DNA of 64,000 bases from an uncultured bacterium (GTDB lineage Bacteria; Zixibacteria; MSB-5A5; CAIYYT01): positions 960,001-1,024,000 of the forward strand of contig CAVSCK010000004.1 in the NCBI GenBank assembly GCA_963726455.1, read 5' to 3'. A model generated the notes under the pieces. It saw nothing but the letters and a program-made list of their open reading frames with translations. It was not told the origin of the DNA and made no database searches. The first letter of the stretch is position 1; each line of letters begins with the position of its first letter. Positions 11,049 through 21,843 of the stretch are shown one piece after another. A program made the translations under genes and the position numbers.

Positions 11049-11074
11049 CTCTCGTATCATCACTCTCTTCCAAT

Positions 11075-11670
11075 AGGACGAACATTCTCCGTTTGGGCAG
11101 TTCCAATTTCTCTTCCCCTCGCCCTTCGGGAGAGGGGCCAGGGGTGAGGGTCTTCATTAGCTCCGCCGGTCGGCGTTCCGAGTCCCATGCCTGCACCAAC
11201 AACTACCTCTCCCACAACCTGCCGTGATTCCTATCAAACTCGTCTCCATCACCACGGGACGAGAAACCCGACATCCATTTCGCTCACGAGTCCGGCAAAC
11301 CCTGCGCTTGCTCAGTAGGACGAACATTCCTGTTTGTCTCTTCCACGTCTGCCCTTTGTTCCGCCCCACAACCAGACAAGCAGGAATGCTTATCCTACTC
11401 TTCTTCCCCTCGCCCTTTGGGAGAGGGCCAGGGGGTGAGGGTCTTCATTAGCTCCGTAGGTCGGCGTTCCGAGTCCCATGCTTCCGTACATCATTCGAAT
11501 GTTGCCAACACCCGCGCCGATATTTTGACACGCCCCCATAACACCACGGGACGAGAAACCCGACATTCATTTCGCTCACGAGTCCGGCAAACCCTTCGCT
11601 TGCCCAGTAGGTTGAACATTCCCGTTTGACCTTCCCCTCGCCCTTTGGGAGAGGGGCCAGGGGTGAGGGT
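11075..11670. repeat. REP-like mosaic cluster with an internal duplicated ~100-bp unit
   Basis: Three CCCTCGCCC..GGGAGAGGGGCCAGGGGTGAGGG copies; duplicated CACCACGGGACGAGAAACCCGACAT..GAGTCCGGCAAACCC block (~11250 and ~11543). Confidence 0.8.
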
Positions 11671-11682
11671 TTTCGCTCCAAC

Positions 11683-11717
11683 AAAAAAGCCCCTCTCCGT
11701 CTCCGGAAAGGGGCTTA
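11683..11717 (-). terminator. Rho-independent terminator of the DUF3857 operon
   Basis: AAAAAAGCCCCT..AGGGGCTT hairpin, read on the minus strand with a T-run. Confidence 0.65.
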
Positions 11718-11732
11718 ACTCAATTCGTCTAT

Positions 11733-13688
11733 CTATCGCTTCTCAAGCAATATCATCGTGTTCTTCGGTTTGTCAAAATCGTCGAACACTTTCTTGAACT
11801 GCGGATATTCATCCGTCGTGATATCCTTGTCGGTAAGGGTCACCGACGACGAAAACTTCACTGACGTGCTATCCGGACTCAGCGTGTACGCGGCCTCCCA
11901 AATTCCAAACTGGTTCTGCACCTTTTGTGGCTCGGGAACATACACGGCTTTGAATCCGCTCGGCAGACTGATCACCCCTTCATTCTTAACCAACATCCCT
12001 GAGTTGAAAACGAAGTCGTAAGTTCTCACCGACTCACCCGGATTCACCGGCATTTTCGCAAATCCAAACGGCGGCTCCGGAACCGTCATGATCATCATGT
12101 CGCCCTGCACCACTCCCATTTCCGGAGTGGCAAACGTCTGTGCAATCTTGACTGCCTGAGTCAGGTCTTTCAAATCGGTCTTCTCGTTGTTGACGCTGCG
12201 GCTTCCTTCTCCGACGGCATTGGCCGATCTCTGGAAGAACTGCTCCGCTTCCTGCTTCGTGGCATCTTTCAACCGCGCGCGCGCGTTGATATCGAACAAC
12301 CCGCTCAGCTCGCAACCGACCTTGCCGTCGACATCACCATTCGGCTTAACCGTTAACTCAAACCGCGTCGCCGACAGGTTCGCGTCAGGCGTCGTCTCCG
12401 GTATCTGTTTCAGTTCGTAGCCATCCGGCTTCACCAACAGCCCCGTGCATCCCTGTGCGTCGGACAGGTAACCGAAATAGCTGTCATCGGCGAACGTATT
12501 CACCCAGAGCGGCTTTCCCTGATAACTCGGCACATACACGAACAGCGCATTGAACTGCCCTAAGCTCGGAAACTCCTGTGCCAACGGTGGCGCGTCCAGA
12601 TGTACGAATTCCGGATAACACTCGACGCCGGCAGTTCTCAACATCGACACCAGCAATACGGTTTTGTCGCGCCAGTCGCCATACTTGTTCGCCAGTACCA
12701 CATCGGCATCGTGCGGTTCGTAACCCGCCATTCCTAACGGCAGCGAGTACTCGGCCACACCGCGAATGTCCTTGATCACATACAGCGACATCTTGCGAAT
12801 CTTCTCATCGGCGGTTGTCGCACCCTTGGTCAATTCGGTGACCTTATCCGCGATCGCGCCATCCGTCTTGACATGCGGGCCGAATTTTCCCTCGTACCAC
12901 TTCGCCAATTGTCCCCAATCCGTCTGATTGGTGTAAATCAATCGCGGCGCCATCTTGATCACCTTGGGCATATAGGGCTCCTCGATGATCTGTGCCGAAT
13001 TATCGATCTGCCACGTGTGCTCGATCATGCCGTTATCGGTCGCTGTGCTGTAATCCAATCCCTCGTTTTGGTAGGTGTACTTGACATCGATCCCTTGCGG
13101 CACGATCACCGTCATTTCTTTGTGCTTGATCGGGTCCATCGCTTGGAACAGGTCACCACCCCACACAAAGAAATCTTCCGGCTTCTCCGGCGCCTTCGAA
13201 TAAACGCGCAGCTTCAGTTCCAAACTCACTCCCGGCGCCATGCCTGGGAAATTGATCACCTTCTGCATGATGTTCGAGTAGATCGATGCATTCGCCAGAT
13301 CGGCCGGCGTCAAGTCGTTGATCGCCTTGGCTTCCACCGGCATTACCGTGCCGTCTTTCAGGTACGTCACCGCTTTGATCACGACGATGCTGTCAGTATC
13401 CTTATTATACCGCCGCTTGACGTCCCCGTACTCGTCGCGAGCGCGATCTTTGAGAATCTTGACTACCAGATGTTCGTCCACCGTCGCGCTATGATCCGGA
13501 TTAACCGTACTGATCCTCTGCAGTAACAAAACCACCGCGCCTGCTTGCGGGAACTGCTGCTCACCCGGAGCATTCTTGATCATCTCGGCCACATCGGCAT
13601 CGGTATACAGCTTGACCGCCGAAACGTTCGTTGACAACAATGCGAAGGCCGCAATCGCTATAATGAAAATCATCTTCTTCATATGCAT
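11733..13688 (-). CDS. secreted DUF3857/transglutaminase-like protein, probably catalytically inactive
   Basis: Signal peptide; DUF3857-like N-terminus; TG core reads KYGDWRDK and FNALFV (Cys and His absent). Confidence 0.75.
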   Translation of the reverse strand: MHMKKMIFIIAIAAFALLSTNVSAVKLYTDADVAEMIKNAPGEQQFPQAGAVVLLLQRISTVNPDHSATVDEHLVVKILKDRARDEYGDVKRRYNKDTDSIVVIKAVTYLKDGTVMPVEAKAINDLTPADLANASIYSNIMQKVINFPGMAPGVSLELKLRVYSKAPEKPEDFFVWGGDLFQAMDPIKHKEMTVIVPQGIDVKYTYQNEGLDYSTATDNGMIEHTWQIDNSAQIIEEPYMPKVIKMAPRLIYTNQTDWGQLAKWYEGKFGPHVKTDGAIADKVTELTKGATTADEKIRKMSLYVIKDIRGVAEYSLPLGMAGYEPHDADVVLANKYGDWRDKTVLLVSMLRTAGVECYPEFVHLDAPPLAQEFPSLGQFNALFVYVPSYQGKPLWVNTFADDSYFGYLSDAQGCTGLLVKPDGYELKQIPETTPDANLSATRFELTVKPNGDVDGKVGCELSGLFDINARARLKDATKQEAEQFFQRSANAVGEGSRSVNNEKTDLKDLTQAVKIAQTFATPEMGVVQGDMMIMTVPEPPFGFAKMPVNPGESVRTYDFVFNSGMLVKNEGVISLPSGFKAVYVPEPQKVQNQFGIWEAAYTLSPDSTSVKFSSSVTLTDKDITTDEYPQFKKVFDDFDKPKNTMILLEKR

Positions 13689-13712
13689 TTATTCCTGATT
13701 GGCTTCCCCTGC

Positions 13713-15699
13713 CTAATTTTCCTTTTCCTTGACCATGATAATCTCACCGCGCTGCGCTTTGGATGACGCCAGCAGCACTTGCTTCAACTGCGCATATTCC
13801 GCCGGCGACATCTGCTTTGCATCGATCAACAACCGCTTCTGATAGGTCACCTGCGTGCCGCCGCTCGGCACGTCCTTCGTGACCGCGGAATTGTAGGTCA
13901 TCTTGTACGTAATCTTGCCGACGTTCTTGGAGATTGGATCCGGCACCGACTTGATCGCCAGTCCCGGCGGCAGATTGATCGTCTCTTCCTCATCCGCGCC
14001 AAACGAGAATCCCAGGTTCCACGGATATTTCCGCTCCGGCAACGATGTCGAAGTCAGCACGAACTTGGAAATAATCTCGAAAAATCCCAGCGACACCGGG
14101 CTTTTCATCAGCACGAACTTGCCCGCTTCCATCGGGTAATTGTCGATCTGGTAGCTCAGCTTCACCTCGAACGGCTTGTTCAGGTCGCTCGCATCTGAGA
14201 AGCTAAAGGCCGTCAACCGCGTTCCCGGATAGATTGATTGCAGCAGATAGTTCCAAATTAGCTTCGCTTGTGCTTCGGGCATCGACTTTGCCCACGACCG
14301 CAACGCCAGGTCATAAATCCCTTTGGTCGCTATCGTCACATCCGAAGTAAACAATCCCGCCTCCGTCAAATTCGACGTCGCCTTGATCGTCCCCATATTG
14401 TTCTCCGCCGGAGAATGCGGCGTATCCGTCAGCGTGTTGCCCTGCTTGGTGCACAACAACACCTGTTGTTCCATCTCCGCCGATGACAACAGATCCACCG
14501 AATTCTGCATGGTCGGATCGGCGAAATAGTAACCGCCCTTGTCGTCCTTGATCGCGACTATCGCATGATTGAACGACATCACCGGCATCGCCTTCGGCAC
14601 TTGGTAGCCGACACCCGTCAGTACGATCTCCGACTCAATTCCCGCCTGACGGCACATCGCCACCATCAGCGCCGCCACGTCGCGGCAGACACCATATTTT
14701 GTGCGGAACGTTTCGACTACTGGCTTCGGCTCCAGGCCTTTCTTCTTGCCGGTGCCGAGCCCCATGTATCTCACATTCTGCGTTATGTAGCGATAGATTG
14801 CCGTCACCTTCTCATCCTTGGTCTGCTTGTCCGCAACCAACGACGCCACCTCCGCCTTCAACGAATCGTTCATGGCATATTTGGATTCCGCAATTCCGTT
14901 CCACCAGCGGCTCATATCCTCCCACGATTGCAGCGTGGTGTAAGTCACCGTCGGCACTACATCCTGCAGCGCCGGCATCGCCGGTTCGGCAACAATCTGC
15001 GGCACGTCTTCGGCCCACCAACTGTAGGTGACCTTGTCCCCCTTCTCATTCTTCGAAAACTTCGGGTCACCGTTGCGGGCCAGATGCCGTAGCGGCTTGT
15101 TCTTCGGCCCGGTGATATTGTATTCGGCTCTCATTATATAATCAAACGCCTGAAATCCCGCGATTCCGTCGAACTCGTTTTCCATCGGCGCGTGAAATAT
15201 GCTGTCCACCGTTTGGTATTCCACGCAATCGCCGATCTCCAGATTCTTGAATGTAATGATCTTCGTCTTGCCGTCCGGCTCGTAAATGTTCATCTCTTCG
15301 CTGGAGGTCGAATTGATATCCTTGATCATATCCTCCGGCACATCCACCACTGAACCGTCCGCCTTGATCACCCGCGCCAATTCAACTCGCACGGTATCGT
15401 AGGCGCGGTAGTAGTTGACCTGCGCCTCACCATGGTCTTCGAGACCCGCTTGCGTCAGAACCTTCACCAGCGAGTAGTTTCGTGAAACCGCGCGGCCGTC
15501 GGCCTGATACTCGGCGTCTGTCTTGTCTAGAATAATGATCGCGTTCGCATCACTGCTCTTCGCCTTGGCATCCGCCTTGGAAATCAGATTCCAGCGTTTC
15601 CTTGCTGACCTGTGATGCTTTCATCGGCTGCGGCACTGCAATGAGCGCCACCAATCCGACCACGAGCAACAACATTGCCGCTCTCGAAATGCATTTCAT
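13713..15699 (-). CDS. secreted DUF3857/transglutaminase-like protein with a +1 frameshift near 15591
   Basis: MKCISRAA signal peptide at 15699 joins the 13713 ORF if one base is removed at 15591-15592 (..ETLNLISKADAK..); triad KYGVCRD, FNHAI, FADPT. Confidence 0.75.
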
Positions 15700-16379
15700 T
15701 GGCTGTTCCTTTCTCATTCTATTTTGAAGATCGTACAAATTTCTTGATCTCGAAAGTCTGGCTGGCATTTGTGCGATTCCTTGCTGATTCGATCAGTCTC
15801 CGGCACTCTTCACAGCAACTGCCCGAAATCGAGTAATTCCACACTCTGCCGGCTATAGCTCGTTTTGTACACACGCACATCGGTGCTTCACATCCCACCA
15901 GGCGTTCCGATCCTATGCCTTCAAGACTAACCGCGCGGCAACGTCTATCATAATCGCCGATTCGAGCATAGCCGCTCCGTAACCCGGCTTGACGTCTCCT
16001 TCGCAGCGCCTCTGGTACGACATGCAAATATCGGCCTAACATCGGTACGTCCATCGTTGTGCGCCTGAACGCCAATCGCGTCTGTCAACTCGGTGCGCGG
16101 CAGTCGTCCTCGCCTGCCGGATCCTGTCTGCTTCTCTTCTTTCATTCCCGCGGTCGACCGAAATAATTTCCTGCCCCAACGTCAGTGGTCCCCATCTTCT
16201 TAACCACCTCTGTCGGTCCGCCGGGGCCTTTATAATATATAATGACATACGGCAAAAGCGCTACGAGGTTCTGCAAAATAACGGAAACACTGGCGACCGC
16301 TTTTTCCCGGCATTGTGAGTCGTCAGGCGTGGTGGGAGGATGTGTGGGGGTGACGACGAAGCAATCTACCTGCCGCGCC

Positions 16380-18821
16380 TTACTTGCACGGCGCCACTCC
16401 GGAGCCAAATATGTACAGTATGAGGAATACGACGTCGGCTATGTCAACCGTACCGTCGCAATTGGCATCGCCCGCCGCCACTGTCGGAACCGGAGCGGGA
16501 CCATAGTTGAAGATATACTGTATTATGTACGTGGCATCGGCAATATTGATATCGCCGCTACCATTGGGATCGCCATGGTGCGCCATGGCGCTGCAATCAT
16601 ATTTCAACATCCAGTAGCTGTCAGCAACTTTGTCGTTGGCATCCAAAGCACGAGCCCGGATCAGGTAGGTCAGGTCTTCCTGAAAATACGAGACCGGCAA
16701 TGTCGCCTTCCAGCCGTTGATCGGGTCAAAATCCGTCCCAAAGCTGATATAGGTTATAGTCTCTTGCTTGGGATGCATCGCAATTCCGAGATCAATCGGG
16801 TATTTCGTGTTGTTCGGCAAGTATCCCAAAAACATCGAATCTCCCCTGATCAACAAATACGAGTCGCGCAGAAGGCCGCCAATCGGATCATAGTAGGTCA
16901 CCGGAATACTATCTGTAGTGCCCGACTGGTAATTAACCTTCTGCACTCCCAGCCAGTGTCCCCACGGATTCCGAATCGCCAGTGCTACTGTGGCCTGCCT
17001 GCCAAGGTAGTTGGATTTGAACCACTCCCAATTCGGCTTGCGCTTCACATCGGCGACAAACCGATTAGCATGTGTCTTCAAATGCGTCTGCAAACCCGCC
17101 ACTAAATCATCATCCTCGGTGCCTTTGTTGATCCGCGTGTTGAACGTCTGCCCCAGCTTCTCCGCCATTTGCGGTATGGTCAGGAATGTGCTACCGTCCG
17201 CCATCAGTTCGATGTATCCTTTATCATTCCAGTACTTGAAAAAGGATGTGAACAGCGTCGGCGCGCTGTAATATTCGCCGAATTCACCATTATATTCATG
17301 ATTCCCGTCACTCGGATTCCCGTTGGCATCACCGTAATCGTTTCGTTTCAACAATTGCAGATTCCGGTCCTCATAACTCGGCAGATACCGGTAACCGAAA
17401 GTCACGGCAATCGGATTCTCATCCTGAATCGATACCGACACAGTCTCTGCCCCGCAGGTCAACATCTTGTCAGTGCGGCCGGTGAATTTCGGTTCCAATG
17501 GTTTGAGATCGTAATAAGCGGTGATCGTGTCACTGACGAAGGTCGAATCGAAATCCGATATCGACACCCGGAGCAAATAACTCCCCTCCGTCAAATTGTA
17601 TGGCTGCCACACCGTTGACCAGCCCTCTCCTGCCGTCGCCGCCGATACACCGTTCCGCAGAGTTATTTGTCCGTCAAAATCCGATCCGAATTTGTACCAC
17701 TGTCCTGCCTTGAAATACTCGAAATCGGCGCTGGCATAAGCAATCGTGTCGCGCAATTCGCCGACCCAGATAATGTTCCCCGGTAATATTGTCCCCGAAT
17801 CTGCCGGCATGACGAAGCGCGGAATCGGCTGCCGCCCGACTGTTGAATACCCCAGGCTGAATAAGTGGATCGACCCCGGAAAATTGTAATAGTCATTCTG
17901 TGCCAAATCCGTCAGTCCTTGTCCCCAATCATTGTAGTTGATACACAAATATGGTGTCGTATCGAGTGCAATGCCGGGATACATGTTCGACATATCCGTA
18001 CCGTAATAGATGCAAGCAAAATATGGCCCATACACCGGTACCGGCTGCTCTAGCACAATGGCAAACGAATACACGTCCGCAAACGGAATCGTAATACTGT
18101 ACGGATCCGAGATATAAATCAGGTCGTAAGGCACCGGACACGCCGGCGACGAATAGATCGGATCAAGGTTCACCAAAAACACTTGCACCGAAAACGTGCC
18201 GGTATCCTGGAAGGCCAGTGTTTGCCCGATATGGGTCACTACAAATGGATAGGTCGTGTCGCAATTGAAATTGGGAAAGCGCAAATCCTGATAGGCATAG
18301 TAGATCTCGTCGCCCACCAGCCAGTCGTATAACGCCTGCACCGGCTCATTAACATACACCGTGCAATTTGAGGCATAGTTGAACGCCTTGTGCATCGGCG
18401 CTGCCGTTCCCGTCCGGCTGACATCAATTGACTTGATCGTGGGATGCCTTGTCTGCGCTGCCGTTCCCCCCCAGATGCTATCAATTGACATGACCGCAGG
18501 ATGCCCTATCAACGCTGCCGTTCCCGTCCGGCTGACATCAATTGACTTGATCGTGGGATGCCTTGTCTGCGCTGCCGTTCCCCCCCAGATGCTATCAAGT
18601 GACATGACCGCAGGACGCCCTGTCGGCGCCGTCGTTCCCGCCCGACTGGTATCAATTGACTTGATCGTTGGATGCCGCCGCGTCTCCGAATTCTGCTTTC
18701 TCCATTGCGCCTTGCCGGCAACGGGTTTTGTCCCTTTGTCCGATGCCGACAGCCCGCCGTTCAGAACGAATATTCCCAGCGCCAACAGCACCGGCACGAC
18801 AATTCTCGCAATTCGGCTCAT
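16380..18821 (-). CDS. secreted multidomain protein with N-terminal repeats, papain/C39-like domain and C-terminal dockerin
   Basis: Signal peptide; GDPNGSGDINIADATY..GDANCDGTVDIADVVFL dockerin; YSAPT..KYW and GHWLGV segments. Confidence 0.8.
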   Translation of the reverse strand: MSRIARIVVPVLLALGIFVLNGGLSASDKGTKPVAGKAQWRKQNSETRRHPTIKSIDTSRAGTTAPTGRPAVMSLDSIWGGTAAQTRHPTIKSIDVSRTGTAALIGHPAVMSIDSIWGGTAAQTRHPTIKSIDVSRTGTAAPMHKAFNYASNCTVYVNEPVQALYDWLVGDEIYYAYQDLRFPNFNCDTTYPFVVTHIGQTLAFQDTGTFSVQVFLVNLDPIYSSPACPVPYDLIYISDPYSITIPFADVYSFAIVLEQPVPVYGPYFACIYYGTDMSNMYPGIALDTTPYLCINYNDWGQGLTDLAQNDYYNFPGSIHLFSLGYSTVGRQPIPRFVMPADSGTILPGNIIWVGELRDTIAYASADFEYFKAGQWYKFGSDFDGQITLRNGVSAATAGEGWSTVWQPYNLTEGSYLLRVSISDFDSTFVSDTITAYYDLKPLEPKFTGRTDKMLTCGAETVSVSIQDENPIAVTFGYRYLPSYEDRNLQLLKRNDYGDANGNPSDGNHEYNGEFGEYYSAPTLFTSFFKYWNDKGYIELMADGSTFLTIPQMAEKLGQTFNTRINKGTEDDDLVAGLQTHLKTHANRFVADVKRKPNWEWFKSNYLGRQATVALAIRNPWGHWLGVQKVNYQSGTTDSIPVTYYDPIGGLLRDSYLLIRGDSMFLGYLPNNTKYPIDLGIAMHPKQETITYISFGTDFDPINGWKATLPVSYFQEDLTYLIRARALDANDKVADSYWMLKYDCSAMAHHGDPNGSGDINIADATYIIQYIFNYGPAPVPTVAAGDANCDGTVDIADVVFLILYIFGSGVAPCK
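18403..18680 (-). repeat. intragenic tandem repeat, 5 x 57 bp (19 aa) alternating A/B
   Basis: GYCGTTCC starts at 18403, 18460, 18517, 18574 and 18631; encodes RHPTIKSIDVSRTGTAA and PAVMSIDSIWGGTAAQT. Confidence 0.85.
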
Positions 18822-18891
18822 CGCCTATTCTATCGGCTATGACCCTCTCTCCATTCACTCTCGCAATTGCATTGTCAAAATCCCCCCATTT

Positions 18892-19449
18892 CCGTGCGCG
18901 GCAGTCGTCCTCGCCTGCCGCATGCCAACGATGGAGGCGCTTTCTCCCCTCGCCCTTTGGGAGAGGGGCCAGGGGTGAGGGAGCCCGCCTGATTGCATTC
19001 CGTTCCGTGCGCGGCAGTCGTCCTCGCCTGCCCCGTCCCAACGACGGAGTCGCTTTCTCCCCTCGCCCTTTGGGAGAGGGGCCGGGGGTGAGGGAGCACG
19101 CCTGCATGCATTCCGTTCCGTGCGCGGCAGTCGTCCTCGCCTGCCGCGTCCCAACGGAGGAGTCGCTTTCCCCCCTCTCCCTTTGGGAGAGGGGCCGGGG
19201 GTGAGGGAGCACGCCTGCATGCATTCCGTTCCGTGCGCGGCAGTCGTCCTCGCCTGCCGCGTCCCAACGGAGGAGTCGCTTTCTCCCCTCGCCCTTTGGG
19301 AGAGGGGCCAGGGGTGAGGGAGCCCGCCTGAATGCATTCCGTTCCGTGCGCGGCAGTCGTCCTCGCCTGCCGCGTCCCAACGATGAAGTCGCTTTCTTCC
19401 CTCTCCCTTTGGGAGAGGGGCCAGGGGTGAGGGAGCACGCCTGCATGCA
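18892..19449. repeat. BIME-like tandem array, 5 x 113 bp, two REP families per unit
   Basis: Units start at 18892, 19005, 19118, 19231 and 19344; each has the CGCGGCAGTCGTCCTCGCCTGCCGCG hairpin plus the CCCTC..GGGAGAGGGG..GGGTGAGGG hairpin. Confidence 0.9.
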
Positions 19450-19626
19450 TGTGGCGGTGAGAGAACACCGCCATCCATCTTATGTTTAAAACCTTCTCCT
19501 TTTCCCCACTTCCCACGTACGACATAAGAAGATAATATTCATCCATTGGAGGAGATTGCACTTGACATTGGTATCGTACACATCATTATTAGGGAAATTT
19601 TCCGGTACATTCAGGAGGAATAAACT

Positions 19627-21057
19627 ATGAAAAAAGTGGCAAAGTTTCTGGGCATATCGGCAATTCTATGCATCTTCCTTTTCGCGGCAACTGCGTCCGC
19701 CGTGGAGATATCAGCCAAGCAGGCGGAATTGCTGAAGAACAGTCTGCACTCCAAACAGATTCTGGCTACTTCGACCAGTCTCCCCAACGACCAATTGACG
19801 CTTTTGGCCGTCTCGACGGCCATGGCCGAGTCAGGCCCCATCGATGCGTCGGTCAACCTGGCCGAAGTCTTCAAGCAGGTTGGCGCCTATGTGACTTACG
19901 TGGTCATCTCGGATACCTTCTACAACTGGCAGACCGACCACTGGGAAGGAAATCATCGTTCGACGTACACCTATTCAGGTATCAAGGAAACCAGCTCCAC
20001 CGAACAAACTTGGTCTGGTGCGACCTGGGCCAACGACAGGCAGGTCCTCTCGACCTATAATGGCGATGGCACCCTTAATATCATAACCAATCAGGATTGG
20101 TCTACTGACCATTGGCAGGATACTTCACGAGCGGTTTTCAGCTATGTCGGCGGAGTGAATAGCCAGATGGTCTTTCAGGAATGGTCGGGCTCGGCTTGGG
20201 TGAACTCAAGCAGACAGACGCTGTTTTATACCGGTGGAGCGCTCGATTCCACTGTGCTTGATTCCTGGCAATCAAGCGCTTGGGAGAGGTCAATGCTCAC
20301 TTCTTACGCTTATACCAGCGGGCACCTTTATCAGATAGTAACACAATTCTGGACTGCCGGCGAATACGTGAATTTCTCGCGAATCACCGATACTTACAAC
20401 GGCAGTTGGGAAGTGACCCAGTCCTTGTACGAATCGTGGCCTTTCGGCGGCTCCGCCTGGGCCAATTCCAGCAAGAGCGACTTCACCTACGATGTCTCCG
20501 GCCACGAAATCCTCGATGTGTTTTCCATGTGGAATGTCTCCACATGGCAAGTCAATCAGATCGATACCTCGAAGTGGACCGGCGGTGAACTGACCGAAGT
20601 CGTCCACAATTATGTCATTTCCGCTGCTCTGTCGAGAGATGACTACACTTACGATGGTAACGGCGACAGGATACTGGAAATTGGTCAGGAATATTCCGTA
20701 GGCGCCTGGGTCAACACCGATCGCGCCGTCTTTGTTTTCGGCGTAGCCGCCGTTCAGGTCGACGATGGCAGAATCCCGACTGATTTTTCACTGGCTCAGA
20801 ATTATCCTAATCCCTTTAATCCTCAGACCGTCATCCGATATTCACTCGACAAACGGGCACTGGTAAACATCACGGTCTTTAACGTCTTGGGCCAGGAAGT
20901 CACCAAGATCGAGGACGGAATACAGATGCCCGGCACCTACGAGACTACCTGGAACGGCACTGATCAGTCCGGTCGCTCCGTTGCCAGTGGCATCTACTTC
21001 TACAAAATCACGGCGGGCGACTTTACCGAAACTCGCAAGATGATGCTCCTCAAGTAG
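19627..21057 (+). CDS. secreted Trp-rich repeat protein with T9SS type A/FlgD-Ig C-terminal domain
   Basis: AGGAGG RBS, signal peptide, W-x-G-x-x-W-x-N repeats, C-terminal LAQNYPNPFNP..SGIYFYKI..RKMMLLK. Confidence 0.85.
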   Translation: MKKVAKFLGISAILCIFLFAATASAVEISAKQAELLKNSLHSKQILATSTSLPNDQLTLLAVSTAMAESGPIDASVNLAEVFKQVGAYVTYVVISDTFYNWQTDHWEGNHRSTYTYSGIKETSSTEQTWSGATWANDRQVLSTYNGDGTLNIITNQDWSTDHWQDTSRAVFSYVGGVNSQMVFQEWSGSAWVNSSRQTLFYTGGALDSTVLDSWQSSAWERSMLTSYAYTSGHLYQIVTQFWTAGEYVNFSRITDTYNGSWEVTQSLYESWPFGGSAWANSSKSDFTYDVSGHEILDVFSMWNVSTWQVNQIDTSKWTGGELTEVVHNYVISAALSRDDYTYDGNGDRILEIGQEYSVGAWVNTDRAVFVFGVAAVQVDDGRIPTDFSLAQNYPNPFNPQTVIRYSLDKRALVNITVFNVLGQEVTKIEDGIQMPGTYETTWNGTDQSGRSVASGIYFYKITAGDFTETRKMMLLK

Positions 21058-21100
21058 GACACTATCACACACCGGCGATCAGCCGGTCAACGAAATATCT

Positions 21101-21129
21101 AGCGGCGGTCCGACCGGACCGCCGCTTTC
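21101..21129 (+). terminator. terminator hairpin
   Basis: AGCGGCGGTCCG-ac-CGGACCGCCGCT followed by TTCTT. Confidence 0.7.
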
Positions 21130-21190
21130 TTATCTAGACATCCGTAGGGGCTAGCCGGTGGCTCGCTCTGAACCGTGCCCGGACCTTCCC

Positions 21191-21346
21191 GCGCCTTTGG
21201 GAACCCGAATCAGTCCCACAAATGGCATTCACGTTGTTGCGTCGGTTCCTGATTTCGCGCTTTCCTTTCGCAAACCACTGATACTATTCACCCACCTGCG
21301 CGAAATTGTGAACCGACACCTTCCCAAAACTAAATCAATAGAACTG
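21191..21346. repeat. degenerate partial copy of the MITE-like element at 63376-63562
   Basis: Aligns by eye with the reverse complement of 63405-63562 (GGTTCCTGATTTCGCGC, CCTTTCGCAA, GCGCGAAATTGTGAACCG, AGAACT). Confidence 0.7.
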
Positions 21347-21499
21347 CTGCACATATGTACACACCCAGCTCCAGAGTCACTCCACGCTTCTTCGCCACCG
21401 CCGTCGCACCTAACACAATTCGTATCTTATTGTCATCCAACACACTATGCGCTAACACCTCAATCACTGAAAAATCCTCGCTAAAGTTCAACAAAACCC

Positions 21500-21528
21500 T
21501 TGACGACTGCACAAATGTGCAGTATACT
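21500..21528 (+). promoter_or_regulatory. sigma70 promoter with a palindromic operator (LexA-box-like) in the spacer
   Basis: TTGACG-N17-TATACT; the spacer holds TGCACAAATGTGCA (21508-21521). Confidence 0.8.
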
Positions 21529-21570
21529 GGTTCCGTACAACAAATGACGTCAGTAAGGAGATAATGCCAA

Positions 21571-21753
21571 ATGATTATCGAACAAATCGTGGAAACGCAG
21601 TGCCCTTGCGGAGGCACGCTGATTGAAGGCCGGAACGTTTACCGCTGCAGCGATTGCGGCCGCAAGTTCTGCATCGACTGTGGCTGTGAGGTATTCGCGC
21701 AGGCAGGGTGCGACTTTTGTCCAATCTGCGCAGTCTCAACCTGCGGAGTGTGA
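21571..21753 (+). CDS. small Cys-rich zinc-ribbon protein
   Basis: AAGGAG RBS; CPC, CSDC, CIDC and CDFCPIC motifs; directly behind the promoter. Confidence 0.7.
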   Translation: MIIEQIVETQCPCGGTLIEGRNVYRCSDCGRKFCIDCGCEVFAQAGCDFCPICAVSTCGV

Positions 21754-21843
21754 ATATGTGCGGCGGCTACCGCGATCTGTGGTAAGTCGCGCCGCCCAGA
21801 AAGTAGCTATCGCAGATAGGTGACTGAATAGGAGGGGTTCCGA

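Noticed and set aside
18892-19449. CRISPR array
   Set aside because: Whole 113-bp units are near-identical with no unique spacers, no cas genes are present, and the same hairpins are dispersed across the window.
18652-19561. Long ORFs with PSPLAPLPKGEG and LTPGPSPKGRG peptides (also near 53619, 55641, 58135, 62119)
   Set aside because: Translations of REP arrays open in several frames; no RBS or domain.
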